A DNA stretch of 63,976 bases, the filler included, from Octopus bimaculoides (lineage: Eukaryota), in the NCBI RefSeq assembly GCF_001194135.2. It is 8 parts of 6 records of this genome, joined end to end, with 100 filler letters (N's around TTAATTAATTAA, not from the genome) between each part and the next. Parts side by side here need not be neighbours in the genome. Positions count along the whole stretch, not along the records: positions 34,302 to 46,362 come from NC_068981.1; positions 46,463 to 49,444 come from NC_068981.1; positions 49,545 to 51,104 come from NW_026427845.1; positions 51,205 to 61,146 come from NC_068981.1; 4 more parts are not named here. The stretch is one strand, 5' to 3'. A program made the translations under genes and the position numbers. Below are positions 38,763-52,439 of the stretch, piece after piece. The notes below the pieces were generated by a model, which made no database searches, was not told where the DNA came from, and saw only the letters and a program-made list of their open reading frames with translations. The first letter of the stretch is position 1, and every line of letters begins with the position of its first letter.

Positions 38763-38995
38763 TGGAAGCACAATGGCCCAGTGGTTAGGGCAGCGAACTC
38801 GCGGTCGTAGGATCAGGGTTTCGATTCCCAGATCGGGCGTTGTGAGTGTTTATTTAGCGAAAACACTTAAAGCTCTACGAGGCTTCGGCATTAGGTGGTG
38901 ACGATCCCCTGCTGTACTCCTTCACCACAACTTTCTATCACTCTTTCTTCCTGTTTCTGTTGTACCTGTATTTCAAAGAGTCGGCCTCAACCAGT
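38763..38995 (+). mobile_element. tRNA-derived SINE (another family)
   Basis: aatggcccagtggttagggcagcg...gggtttcgattccc, with A and B boxes of a tRNA head. Confidence 0.65.
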
Positions 38996-39060
38996 AAACC
39001 TCTTCTTTATTCTCCTTCACTTGTTTACACTTTCTTTAAAATCTTCTATATTTTTTGCAG

Positions 39061-39507
39061 GAGCGAAGAAGAAATGCCGGCAATATAATGTCGAATATTT
39101 TAAATACGACTTTATTCAACCACCTCACAGCAAGAAAAGGCTAAGTTTTTTTTTTATTGCTTTCCCAACCTCGTATTTAGTAGAAAGAGGTTTCCGTGTG
39201 GTGTCCCAGATTCTCAACAAGTCGAGAAATCGCCTGGATATTGTGCAGAGAGGAGCCCTGCGACTTCGCCTTACCGCCATGAAGCCTTATTCCGATGAAC
39301 TCTTGACCAAACAGCAAGTTCATCCTTCACATTAACTACATGTATCTTCATGCTTACTGAAGATAGAAATAAATTGCTATTCAGAACTACGTTTCTACAA
39401 ACTTTACTGAGATGGTGTCGAACAATTTTTAGGGTGGAGGCGGGGGTGATGGATGGGCGAAAGTGCTAAAAAAGGGGCGATAGTTTTAACAAATTTAAGA
39501 ACCGCTG
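39061..39507 (+). mobile_element. Buster-type hAT deletion derivative with 3' TIR
   Basis: GAKKKCRQYNVEYFKY (N-terminus) fused in frame to AFPTSYLVERGF...RNRLDIVQRG.LRL...HPSH* (dimerization domain). Terminus TTAAGAACCGCTG followed by TTCTAGAT. Confidence 0.8.
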
Positions 39508-40689
39508 TTCTAGATAAAGAAGTATCTTTCAGCTTCAAAGTTCCACCTAGAGGATATCTTTTGACTCCTAGGCTAACGAATTTCTATGTGCAAATAAGTG
39601 TAGCGTTAAGTTTATACATAATGAAAAACTAGCTCAGAGATTTTTTCCGACGTTAAATCATTATCAAGTGTTGTTGTTAATGATCTAAATTTCTAAAGTC
39701 GAAGCAAGTATTGAATTAAAAATATGAAACTGCACTTGTACATGTATTAAGTACTACATTTGAAAGTAGGTTTCCTTTGAAGTAATTTCAACAGAGATGA
39801 GACTGCACAATTGCAAACACAGGCGCACGTATGTATTGGCTAAAACATAAACATGTATATGTGTGTGATGGATGTGTCTGTGCATCTAATTATATTTACA
39901 AGCGTGTGTTTATAGATATTCCCCACATACACACACATCCATATATATATATATATATATATATANNNNNNNNNNNNNNNNNNNNNNNNNNNNNNNNNNN
40001 NNNNNNNNNNNNNNNNNNNNNNNNTTATATATATATATATATATATATATACATAATTATATATGTTTGTACATATGTGGATGGAAATATACGTGTATGA
40101 ATTTAAGCTGAAGCATGTTACGTTAGATTATAATGTATTGTATAGTTATTTATTATTGAGCAACAATATAATACAACATAGATGATCTAAAAACATTTTC
40201 TAAATTGTTAAACAACCAGTTCTCTACACAAAAATAGAACAGCTGTATGCATTATTAAAACACAAGTTTAAATATTTGAAGCATTCAAAATAATTAACAA
40301 TAATCTTTTATAGATTTTTCTGATAGAAACTGTATTTCGACAATTTTACAAAAGCACTCAGAAGAATATAATGTATACATGCATACATACATACATACAT
40401 ACATACATACATACATACATAAGAATATACATACATGGACACACACACACACACACATATATATGGATGGTTGGATTTATGTATTGGCTGTTATACACAT
40501 ATTAATGTATCAACAATTAATATAATAAATTAAAAAATACACCAAAAACATCATATTACAGAAAGTAGAATATTGAAGTTTGGAAACAAAAATACATATT
40601 TAAAGTAACCGATTAATGATATAAAGATATATACATGAAAATAACATGAACAAAATTGATAAATTTTGTATGAATTGTTTGAACGTGTG

Positions 40690-40930
<241 letters not shown>

Positions 40931-41269
40931 ACGTATATACTCTCTCATATACACACAACTTCTTTCGTTCGCATACATTTCTGAAGTATGTGTGTGTGTG
41001 TGTATACAAACACACACACACACGCTTTATTTTCACAGATATACATGCTATATTTTGTTGTTTTTCCTCCTCAAATTTGCTGTTTACGGATAAGAAAACC
41101 ATTTTCCATGAAAGGAATCAATTTGTATGTAAGCAGTTTATAGAACTTTATATATTATTAATAGCACCAATTTTAATGTTTTGCACTCTCTCCAATATAT
41201 AAACTTATATTTATAGTGGGATCTAATTTGATTTGAGCTTTGAGGGTCTATGTACCTGCTTATCTATCA

Positions 41270-41315
<46 letters not shown>

Positions 41316-41327
41316 ACATCCATCATG

Positions 41328-41371
<44 letters not shown>

Positions 41372-41519
41372 ACTTTCCCTTTTCGCGTTATAAATTCGTA
41401 TATAGACTTACAAACATATACATATATACATTTAGATATATGTACGTGAATATATATGTGTATATAAATATATATATTTCCCCCCCACCCACACACACAC
41501 ATATGTGCATATATATATA

Positions 41520-42520
41520 TGGAAAATACTACAGTATGGAAAGATTTTCGAGACCAGGTTCTTCAATGTGCTGCTGAAACACTGGGATATGCTACTACCA
41601 GACATAGAGACTGGTTTGATGAAAATGATGCTTACGTTCAGCGACTATTTACTGTAAAGCGCCACGCCCACAATGTATTCCTGCGCAGAGAATACTTGCC
41701 CACTATAGCAGTGTAAAATCACTACTGCAGCGATCTCTCAGGAAGATGATGAAAATTTGGTGGGAGGATCTTGCTCGTGATGTTCAGGCTGCTGCTGATG
41801 CAAATGACAACAAGAAGCTTTACCATCATATGAAACAAGCTTATGGACCTAAGAGCTCTGCATCAGCTCCTTTGCATTCCAATGAGTCTTCTACTCTATT
41901 TACTAAATCAAGAGAAATCACAGGTCGTTGGATTGAACACTTCTCTGAATACCTTAAATTCCATGCCCTCAATAGATGAGGTAATGATAGCAATAAGTAG
42001 ATTGAATCTTGGTAGGTAACCTGGAAAGGATGGAATTTATGTTGAGGTCTTGCGATTTGGTGGTGATTACCTCATACAGTCCCTTCATGAACTTATTTCT
42101 GTAGTTTGGAGAGATGGTGCAATGCATAAGGACCGGAAGGATGCAATCATTCTTCCTCTCTATACAGGAAAAGGAGCCAGAATAATGTGTGGTAACTACA
42201 GAGATATTGCTCTACTATCAGCTGCTGGCAAGGTTCTGGTAAATATTCTTACCCGCCTGAATGGGTGTCTCGTAAATGATGTCCTATCTGAATCTCAATG
42301 TGGCTTCTGATTTGGTAGACGGACAATGGATCTGACTTTCACAGCAAGACAGATGCAGGAGAAGTGCTATGAGCAGAATATGAATTTTGTCCAGTTATTC
42401 ATTAATTTAACCAAGGCCTTTGATACTGTGAATAAGACCTTTCTATGGAAAATACTTGGCAAGCTTGGATGTCCGCATCACTTTGTATCTATAATTAAAT
42501 CATTTCAAGATGGGATGGAG
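41520..42520 (+). mobile_element. RTE (BovB-like) LINE ORF2 fragment
   Basis: RHRDWFDEND, GNYRDIALLSAAGKVL, ESQCGF and RQMQEKCYEQ...LTKAFDTVN...LGKLGCP. Confidence 0.9.
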
Positions 42521-44200
42521 GCTTGCGATGCAGCTAGTGCAGATACATTCGGTTTCAAACGTGTCAACTTTAGCTGCAAGTCTTCTCGTTGTATCACATC
42601 TAGTCCAATTCTTTTACAGAAAAATAAAGTTCCAACGTGGTTAAAACCAGATTCAACCAGGTATGAGGTAGGGAAGGCAAGCAAAAGTAATTTCAGACAT
42701 TTCCATAGATTATGTAGGAATTCAATATACTCTAATCGCACCACAAACCTTCTTTGCCATTACGGCAATATCGCATTGTGGCGTCATTTTCATTTTGTAA
42801 TTCTATCCATTCCTCCTGAACATTATCCTCGCAATCGACTGCATCGACCTCAAACGGATTGCTATACCAATTTGGAATATTCAGCGCAATAACATCTTGA
42901 AATCACTCCACCATGTTATCGTCCAATTATTGTAAATAGTTGTTATATGTAGTTAACTCCTCATCCATCAATTCATCTTTCAAAAAATCTGGCTGTGGAA
43001 ATTAATAGAATTGACGTTTTGAAATGTTAGTCTTAAACAACAATTTGGAAATGGAGGTTGTGATAAATGATTTACAATCAACGATTGTAAATCATTTGCA
43101 ATAACTTATCCAAATCATTTAACCTTGTGAAGATATTACTAAGAAAAAAGATATCGTACCTTGCAGCCATCAATGACGCGGATAGTGGAGTATCTTCAAA
43201 GAAAAAGATATTATATAAAAGAGTTCAACATAACGTAAAACAGTTTCCTTTTGACAGCCACTGCACTTCGGTTTAGTATGGTCCTCATCATTTCTCAGAG
43301 TTCACCGGAAATTCGATCAGACAAGGTACTGGACTTCAATTGGTTCACAGTCTTGATAACTAACTGTAGCGCACCATTCAATCTACTGCTCATATTTTTT
43401 GCTACTAAATGCTGTCAGTGTGCCAAGCAATGAGCGGCTAGTACCTGGTGGGAAATTTCATACTTTAGGAGAGAAGAAAAACCTCTGTATCTTCCTATCA
43501 TCGAAGGGGCTCCATCAGACGCACAGGGAAGAATATTACTGAGTGGGATATTATGTTCAAAAAGGAAAGACTTGAGAGTGTAAAAAATAGTTGCACCTTT
43601 TTGAATCAAGCGGCAATTTCTCTGTGAACAGCATTTCCTCACAAGTTTAAAGGTCTTTGCTGAAATACCGAACATATACCATCATCAAACATTGATTGTC
43701 CACAACAGTTAACTCATCCACTTGTATAGAAAATTAAAATTCAGAGCGCTGGAGAATATAACTTTTTTTATTTTTTCTGAGTGTTCAGAAAATGTTTGCG
43801 AATTTGAATTCTATACGTGGGGCTTCATACGATAATCTACCCTACAAAAAAAAAAATCAAAATTTGTAGTGGAGTGTGATCTAAGGCCTAGGCCTATTTG
43901 GCTGCTATTTTTAGCACGCATGACAACCATCTCAATGACTGCGGCAAAAATATTCAATCGATAAACAAATCTGCTTTTTAAATACAAATGGACGTCTCAT
44001 GCGAGTAGTCAAATCGATAAAAGTGCATCCTTATTCTAGGCATACCTAGATATCAGTAAATGCAGACTTAATTTCTAAAAATTCATAGTCACCCACAAAA
44101 TATTCATATCGCCCTCTAAAATCTCAAACAACCCACCTTTTTTTAGAAAGTCGTCTATTGCCCACCTGTAAGTTGAAATGGCCCACTTTGGGAAGCCATG
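42515..44200 (-). mobile_element. Decayed Buster-type hAT transposon
   Basis: Minus-strand CASDGAPSMIGRYRGF...HC, SKGNC and AFPTSYLVESGF. Possible terminus gcccactttgggaagccatg at 44181-44200 (less certain). Confidence 0.8.
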
Positions 44201-44281
44201 ATATATACAAAAATATTATTCAATACACATTCACAAAAATACAGAATAATACATATATATATATATTTACATACATACATA

Positions 44282-45105
44282 CAGAGTGCGGTGAATACAT
44301 TGTCGTCTAAATTACGCAAAAATTAGGATAACAGTGACATCTCATTTTAACAGATATATTTACCAAAATTACATAAAAATCTTGAAATACTAAAGAATAA
44401 ATTTGTTCAATGGAATCACCATTGGCTCCAAACACGACCTCCAGACGACTTCGGAATCTCCTGCAACACTTCTGGACGATCTCCTTGCTTAAGTTGGTGG
44501 ATGCTGCCATAAGCCTCGCCTTCAGTTCATCTTTGGTGGTCTCTTGCTCAACTGCGCCCTACACATAAGAACCAAAGAGGTTGCAGTCTGGGGAGTTAGG
44601 TAGTCAGATGTTAGGGGTGATGTGGTTGCAGAAATTGTCAGACAGCCATGACTTGGTGCTCCTGCTTGTGTGTCTTGGCACAAAGCCCTGTTGGCAGCCA
44701 CCCTCTTGACTCAGGGTAACACTACCTCCTCCGGATACTTGATGTAGGCATCCGTGTTGAGACTGAGGCCGTGTGAGAAGGTGAATATAGGTATAACATC
44801 GCCATCACTAGTGATTACTCCAAACATCATGATGTTGACTAGCTGTTTGATTTTTATTACTCTCGGTACATGTCCTCAGATTACACTGTCCTCAGACTGA
44901 CACCCTAACGCTCTGAAACGTTCGTATTGGAGCTTCTGGCGTAAATACCAAGCAGTACAGCATGTCGTTTCCAAATTTCTAGCTGAGAGAATTGGGTTAT
45001 GGTGCTGTTCTTCTCACAGACGGTACACAACTGACCCTACTATACTGTGTAGTCGACAAAAGCAAAAGCAAAAATGTACGTGAGCAAAATAAAAATAAAA
45101 CACGG
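44282..45105 (-). mobile_element. Tc1/mariner (maT-like) element, internally deleted
   Basis: TA-CAGAGTGCGGTGAAT terminus and minus-strand MMFGVITSDG, PNSPDCN, CRRFRSRLE. Confidence 0.85.
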
Positions 45106-46362
45106 NNNNNNNNNNNNNNNNNNNNNNNNNNNNNNNNNNNNNNNNNNNNNNNNNNNNNNNNNNNNNNNNNNNNNNNNNNNNNNNNNNNNNNNNNNNNNNN
45201 NNNNNNNNNNNNNNNNNNNNNNNNNNNNNNNNNNNNNNNNNNNNNNNNNNNNNNNNNNNNNNNNNNNNNNNNNNNNNNNNNNNNNNNNNNNNNNNNNNNN
45301 NNNNNNNNNNNNNNNNNNNNNNNNNNNNNNNNNNNNNNNNNNNNNNNNNNNNNNNNNNNNNNNNNNNNNNNNNNNNNNNNNNNNNNNNNNNNNNNNNNNN
45401 NNNNNNNNNNNNNNNNNNNNNNNNNNNNNNNNNNNNNNNNNNNNNNNNNNNNNNNNNNNNNNNNNNNNNNNNNNNNNNNNNNNNNNNNNNNNNNNNNNNN
45501 NNNNNNNNNNNNNNNNNNNNNNNNNNNNNNNNNNNNNNNNNNNNNNNNNNNNNNNNNNNNNNNNNNNNNNNNNNNNNNNNNNNNNNNNNNNNNNNNNNNN
45601 NNNNNNNNNNNNNNNNNNNNNNNNNNNNNNNNNNNNNNNNNNNNNNNNNNNNNNNNNNNNNNNNNNNNNNNNNNNNNNNNNNNNNNNNNNNNNNNNNNNN
45701 NNNNNNNNNNNNNNNNNNNNNNNNNNNNNNNNNNNNNNNNNNNNNNNNNNNNNNNNNNNNNNNNNNNNNNNNNNNNNNNNNNNNTATGTGTATGTATATA
45801 TATGTTATATGCAAAATTTAAAGACAGGGATGCGGGTGTAATGCAGGAAATATAGCAAATCACAGAATGGAAAATTGTTAAATGAAATGTAAAAAATGAA
45901 GGAAACGTACGTATATATATATAACATATAATGATGTCTGTCGACTGTTTGGGACGATTGACCTAGAAACATCTCTTTTGTATGGCCAAGAATGGTAAAT
46001 TTATCCGCCGCTTCTTCTTGAATGTTTCAGTGTCAGTTGGCATGTTGTGTAAGTGTGTGTGTATGTGTGTGTGCATGTGTGTGTGTGTGTGTATGTGTAC
46101 GTGTGCGTGACTGCGTGTGTATGTGTGCTCGCGCATGCGAATTGAAGTCTTTTATATTGCAATACCAAAATGAATGAAGTGTAGAAACCTCGACTGTTTG
46201 TTACCTTCTTCGACTCCGTCGTTGTTTTGTTGTATTGTTGTCACTTTTCCCGTTATAACACAGTTCTACTATGGCAGCTGCCAGTATTGTTTTCACTTCC
46301 TCCCTGTTTGTCCGTTTGTCTAAGATCACCGACAGCTCAACTAATAATGTGACTTATATATA

Positions 46363-46462
46363 NNNNNNNNNNNNNNNNNNNNNNNNNNNNNNNNNNNNNN
46401 NNNNNNTTAATTAATTAANNNNNNNNNNNNNNNNNNNNNNNNNNNNNNNNNNNNNNNNNNNN
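46363..46462. other. Artificial scaffold linker 3
   Basis: 44 N + TTAATTAATTAA + 44 N. Confidence 0.95.
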
Positions 46463-46569
46463 CTGCGTTCAATCATGTAAAAACAAAAGTAAATGAGTAT
46501 ATGCATATATACGTACAGGAATGTGCATACCGACATCCACCTGTATGTATAGGTGCATATCTGGGTACA

Positions 46570-46725
46570 GGACATTACGACGGTCTTCTTGCAGTTTCCG
46601 TCTACCAAATCCACTCTCAAGGCTTTGGTCGGCCCGCGGCTATAGTAGAAGACACTTGACCAAGGTGCCACGCAGTGGGACTGAACCCGGAATTATGTGG
46701 TTGGTAAGCAAGCTACTTACCACAC
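46570..46725 (-). mobile_element. SINE family B 5' half
   Basis: ttccgtctaccaaatccactctcaaggctttggtcggcccgcggctatagtagaagacacttg. Confidence 0.8.
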
Positions 46726-46730
46726 ATGTG

Positions 46731-46808
<78 letters not shown>

Positions 46809-47324
46809 ATCCGTACATACACACATACGTATGTGTGTGCTTGTGTACGTGTGTGTGTGTGCGTGTGCGTGTGTGGTGGTTGTGCTTTTGTAGTATTTGG
46901 TCTGATAAGAAACAAGGGAAACTCTATCCGAATGGACTTCGGTATGCAATGGAATTCTCGGTAAAACCAGGCAGAACTGATAGACAAAGGAGTTGCTGAT
47001 GGACTGGAGCCATCTGTTCCATCATTTTACCATTTTACGACCATTCTACAACCTTACATCACTTATCAGGTAAAATTATCGACACTTTGTTGTCTTCTTT
47101 TTTTTTCGCTTCTTTATTATTATTTTTCTTTATTTCTTTCCGATTTCTTCGCTGGTCGTAAAACACAAGAAAATGTATCTTCTGCTTCATATATCAGCAA
47201 GGCAACACATTCTACAGTCTGCCAACATGTCAGCAGAAACGGAATATATAAAAAAAAAAGAAGAAAGCAGAACAACAACAACAACAACAACAACAACAAT
47301 AAAAGAGATTTCTTTAAAATCTTG

Positions 47325-47530
47325 TCATAAGGCCAGTAATTATAGGAAAGTGGGAGTAAGTCGGATACATGGACCCCCCGGTGCTCAACTGGTATTATTT
47401 CATGTCATCGACCCCGAAAGAACGAAAGATAAAGTCGACGTCGCTGGAGTTTGAGTTCAGAACGTAAACCCGGATGGAATGCCGCTAAGAATTTTGTTCG
47501 GCTTCGTAGCGATTCTGCCAGCTCGCTGCC
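47325..47530 (-). mobile_element. SINE family A
   Basis: Reverse complement of family A. Confidence 0.75.
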
Positions 47531-47761
47531 GTCTTTAACGACAACAACAATAATAATACTAATACTAGCAAAAAAAAAGAGAAGAGTGCTATTGTTATCA
47601 AGTGAACGATATATATTAACCAAAATGAAATAGATCGACAAATTTATTTTTTGAACCAGTTGAAGACAACATGTCGAAATATCGTTCACTAGATAACAAT
47701 GGTACTCTTCTTTTAATTTTGACTCTGTATCTTCTGGAGAAGTTACCTCAATCCTTTGCAT

Positions 47762-47831
<70 letters not shown>

Positions 47832-48240
47832 NNNNNNNNNNNNNNNNNNNNNNNNNNNNNNNNNNNNNNNNNNNNNNNNNNNNNNNNNNNNNNNNNNNNN
47901 NNNNNNNNNNNNNNNNNNNNNNNNNNNNNNNNNNNNNNNNNNNNNNNNNNNNNNNNNNNNNNNNNNNNNNNNNNNNNNNNNNNNNNNNNNNNNNNNNNNN
48001 NNNNNNNNNNNNNNNNNNNNNNNNNNNNNNNNNNNNNNNNNNNNNNNNNNNNNNNNNNNNNNNNNNNNNNNNNNNNNNNNNNNNNNNNNNNNNNNNNNNN
48101 NNNNNNNNNNNNNNNNNNNNNNNNNNNNNNNNNNNNNNNNNNNNNNNNNNNNNNNNNNNNNNNNNNNNNNNNNNNNNNNNNNNNNNNNNNNNNNNNNNNN
48201 NNNNNNNNNNNNNNNNNNNNNNNNNNNNNNNNNNNNNNNA

Positions 48241-48495
48241 AGGGTGGAGCATTTGCAGAAAAAAGCACTGCTTGGAACCGTTCGAATACTCCGGAAGGTG
48301 CTCAAAAAATAAGAGGTGTTACCTTAGTTCACTGGTAGTGAACAGCTGACACTGTAGTAAATCTCCAGCGTTAGAATCTGTGTAAAGACAATAAATAATA
48401 ATAATAATTATTATTATTATTATTATCATTATTATTATCATTATTATTATTATTATTATTATTGTTATTATAACAACAACAACAACAACAACAAC

Positions 48496-48567
<72 letters not shown>

Positions 48568-49221
48568 GAATACAAAAATCGCCACGATAGGGTAGTACAG
48601 TGTTTAAATTGGAAAATATGTAAACACTACCTAATCAGCAGCACTCCTGTTTACTGGTATGAACATCATCCTGACCCAGTCGTTGAAGGTAAAAATGTCA
48701 CTATCCTCTGGGATTTTGCAGTCGACACTGACAGAATTATCCAGGCTAATTGACCAGATATAATTATGAAAGACAGGGAAGAAAATACTTGTAGTCTAAT
48801 AGACGTAAGTGTTTCCACTGAAAAAGATTATATTTATAAAGGAATTTGACAAATTAAGTAAATACAAGGACCCGGAAATTGAAATACAAAAGATGTGGCA
48901 TCTTAAAGCGAGAACTATTCCTGTTATTGTGGGTACCCTAAGTGTGATAACAAAGCGATGTCAAAAACATCTGGATAATATCCCAGGAGTATCATGTCTC
49001 AGAGAAATCCAAAAGATTGTGCTGACAAGTACTGCTCACATCCTTAGAAAAACCTTATCCATTTAAATGTCTGTGTTGCATTAAATGAAGATATTTCGCT
49101 ACTGACCCTGCCACTTGCCCTCCCAAAACCTTCAGCCATACTGTAACATCTCTTATCTTTCACTCGCCCTAGGACGCTAGGTGTGTCTCGGCAAGTGAAT
49201 GTAACAAACATGCAGATTAAA

Positions 49222-49305
<84 letters not shown>

Positions 49306-49444
49306 TAATAAAAAGTAGCAATATAACACTAGATAAAGCCAATGAAATAAGAGAACTAGACGAAAGCCAACCATACAAGTATTTAGGAGTCAATGAACTA
49401 GATAGGATACAACATATACAAATGAAAGAAAAAATAAAGAAAGA
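48241..49444 (+). mobile_element. Cluster of R4/Dong-like LINE fragments separated by (AAT)n
   Basis: LQKKALLGTVRILRKVL (48250-48310), KYKDPEIEIQKMWHLKARTIPVIVGTL...STAHILRKTLSI (48570-49066) and ESQPYKYLG (49340-49444). Confidence 0.8.
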
Positions 49445-49544
49445 NNNNNNNNNNNNNNNNNNNNNNNNNNNNNNNNNNNNNNNNNNNNTTAATTAATTAA
49501 NNNNNNNNNNNNNNNNNNNNNNNNNNNNNNNNNNNNNNNNNNNN
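49445..49544. other. Artificial scaffold linker 4
   Basis: 44 N + TTAATTAATTAA + 44 N. Confidence 0.95.
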
Positions 49545-50716
49545 ATATGTATGTATGTATGTATGTATGTATGCATATGTATATAAGTAATCAGTATATG
49601 ATTAAACACAGTTCAACAAATTCATTCATATTTATGTAATGAAGGAGATTAAATGTTAAAATGGATTATAGTTTTTATTATTCATGTTGCTGTACAAATT
49701 GTTTCATACAAAGACTCAGGCATTCATAATAGAAAATCAGAATAGTCAAATTTGTATTCGTCCGTAGCAGGGGTAAAAACTAAAAAAGATCTTAGAAGTA
49801 CATAGATTTTCTCTTAGTAATCGTATTGTAATGATGTGTTTGTTCTTGGAATCACACAAATTTAAATAAGGTTAAAAAATATATAATTGGGTGTCAATAT
49901 ATATAATATTTAAAAAACTGACATTCTCTGTATGACTTTCTGTATGTGCGTCTATTTAAAACACCGAAAATGAATTATATCAACTGATCAGGCTGTATAT
50001 GTGTTTACAATGAGAAATGCAAATCAGGAAGGGAAAGAATTTTCAAATACAAAACTTAATTTTTACTTAACCGTCAATTATTCTTTCAGCTTAAGAAATT
50101 ATTAGAAAAAAATGTTTAATAGTAATCAATAATAATTTCAGGTTTATAAAATTAATAATTTATTGTAAATAATAGGTCTAATATTCATAGACAAAAATAA
50201 GTGTCATATGTTGCAATTAATTATCTAGTCACAGTATTAGAATGTTTTTAAGAAAATTTAGAAATGGATACTATACAAGTGATAAGGCGTAACAAAATTC
50301 GAAATAAAAGGGAATTTGCTTACGTTATCAACTGATAAACTTATATAATTGTCTATAGAGCGATATAATAAGAAAGGGGTTTTTGATAGATAATATCGAA
50401 AACTTGTTTGTACTATTGCTGAGTAAGTTATCATAGATAGGAAAAAAAACTAACTAAAAAAGAGATATCTATAAGTTTGATATGGTGTAGAGGATACAAT
50501 AATTAATGGGAAAAATGTAGGTGTACATCTAGATTCATATGTGTTTACATACCAGTATACATATGCTTATGTGCATACAAACCCATACAGTCATATATAC
50601 ATACACCCACATTTATACATACATAGACATACACATATATACATACGTACACATATATATGCATATCTATATACATATGTATATACTTGCATATATATCT
50701 ATATATATACATACAA

Positions 50717-51104
50717 GGAATGAAGCCAGTTTGCTCCGATGGATGTGTAATGCCAGTGTGCATACTAGACAGAGTATCAGTACCTTGAGAGAAAAATTGA
50801 ACTTACGAAGGATCAGTTGTAGTGTGCAAGAGAGACGACTGCGCTGGTATGGTCATGTAGCGAGAATGGATGAGGATAGCTGTGTGAAAAAGTGCCACAC
50901 TTTAACAGTTGAGGGATCCTGTGGAAGAGGTAGGCCCAGGAAGACCTGGGATGAGGTGGTAAGGCACGACCTTCGAACATTGGGCCTCACCGAGGCGATG
51001 ACTTCTGACCGAGACCTTTGGAAATATACTGTGCGCGAGAAGACCCGGCAAGCCAAGTGAGACCTAAATCTAAGGCCCAGCCAGCCCACTTATGCGTACC
51101 TTCC
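50717..51104 (+). mobile_element. RTE LINE ORF2 C-terminus and 3' UTR
   Basis: LLRWMCN...RRLRWYGHVARM...GRGRPRKTW...DRDLWK, uninterrupted. Confidence 0.92.
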
Positions 51105-51204
51105 NNNNNNNNNNNNNNNNNNNNNNNNNNNNNNNNNNNNNNNNNNNNTTAATTAATTAANNNNNNNNNNNNNNNNNNNNNNNNNNNNNNNNNNNNNNNN
51201 NNNN
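51105..51204. other. Artificial scaffold linker 5
   Basis: 44 N + TTAATTAATTAA + 44 N. Confidence 0.95.
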
Positions 51205-51272
<68 letters not shown>

Positions 51273-51714
51273 CTATATAATTGTTTTGAGAGAGAATATG
51301 TTTAACCAGAAATTATCTCAAGGAGTTAAGTTTCGCACTTAGAAGTGCTCAAGAGGAGATTGAGACAAAAGATAAAAGTATGTAATATGAAGAGACGTAA
51401 GACAAAGTAATTTAATCCCCGTTAACCTGACTCCGATTTCAGACGAATTTAAAGAACAAGTATATACATGATACATTAAAAATATATAAATACATAGACA
51501 TTGAAAAAACAATTTATACATAAATATATGAAATATATATAAGATAATAGTTTTAAAAAATGTTGATGTAAAAATAGATATATGAAAACATATATGTACA
51601 CATAAATATATTGAAGAATGTCTGAAGTAGTGATAAAAGCGAAATAAAAGATACGAGGAGGGAAGCAATTATATATATATATATATGCGTGTATGTGTGT
51701 GCGCATATGTGTGT

Positions 51715-51915
51715 GTTGCCCCACCATTGCTTGACAACCGATGCTAGTGTGTTTACGTCCCCGTAATTTAGTGGTTCGGCAAATGAGTGTGATAGAATAA
51801 GTTATAAGCTTACAAAGAATTAGTCCTGGGGTAGATTTGTTCGGCTAAAAGCGGTGCCCCAGCATGGCCGCGGTCAAAATGACTGAAACAAGTGAAAGAA
51901 ATAAAGAATAAAGAA
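51715..51915 (+). mobile_element. SINE family B 3' half
   Basis: ccccaccattgcttgacaaccgatgctagtgtgtttacgtccccg...gactgaaacaag. Confidence 0.8.
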
Positions 51916-52184
51916 ACAGGGAAAGATACGATCATACATGAATCCATTGCAATGCCTGTAAGAATTTGAGATTTGGAATATATCTCAGGTAAATGTTACA
52001 TATAACAGAATATATTTCCGAGCAGATTTACGACAAACTTGGAAGATTTCTGTGTTCCTTTCAGTTGAAGAGCGTAGCTCGAAACGTGAAAGACTTTCTA
52101 TATTCCCGAGCGTTAAACTAATACATCCATTTGTTGTTTACACCACCTTTCTTCGTCTGTTGTCTTTTTCGTAAATTCTCCCAT

Positions 52185-52195
52185 ATATCTATCTA

Positions 52196-52262
<67 letters not shown>

Positions 52263-52274
52263 ATATATATATAT

Positions 52275-52317
<43 letters not shown>

Positions 52318-52320
52318 TGT
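52185..52320. repeat. (ATCT)n then (AT)n/(GT)n microsatellite
   Basis: Direct reading. Similar (ATCT)n at about 41262-41370. Confidence 0.95.
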
Positions 52321-52439
52321 GTGCATCTGTGTATATGTATATATTATTTGTATATATACGGTCATATATATATACATGTATAATTGTCTCTATATATTCT
52401 TTTATAACCTTACTGGTTTCACCCAGAGGCTGGGCCATG

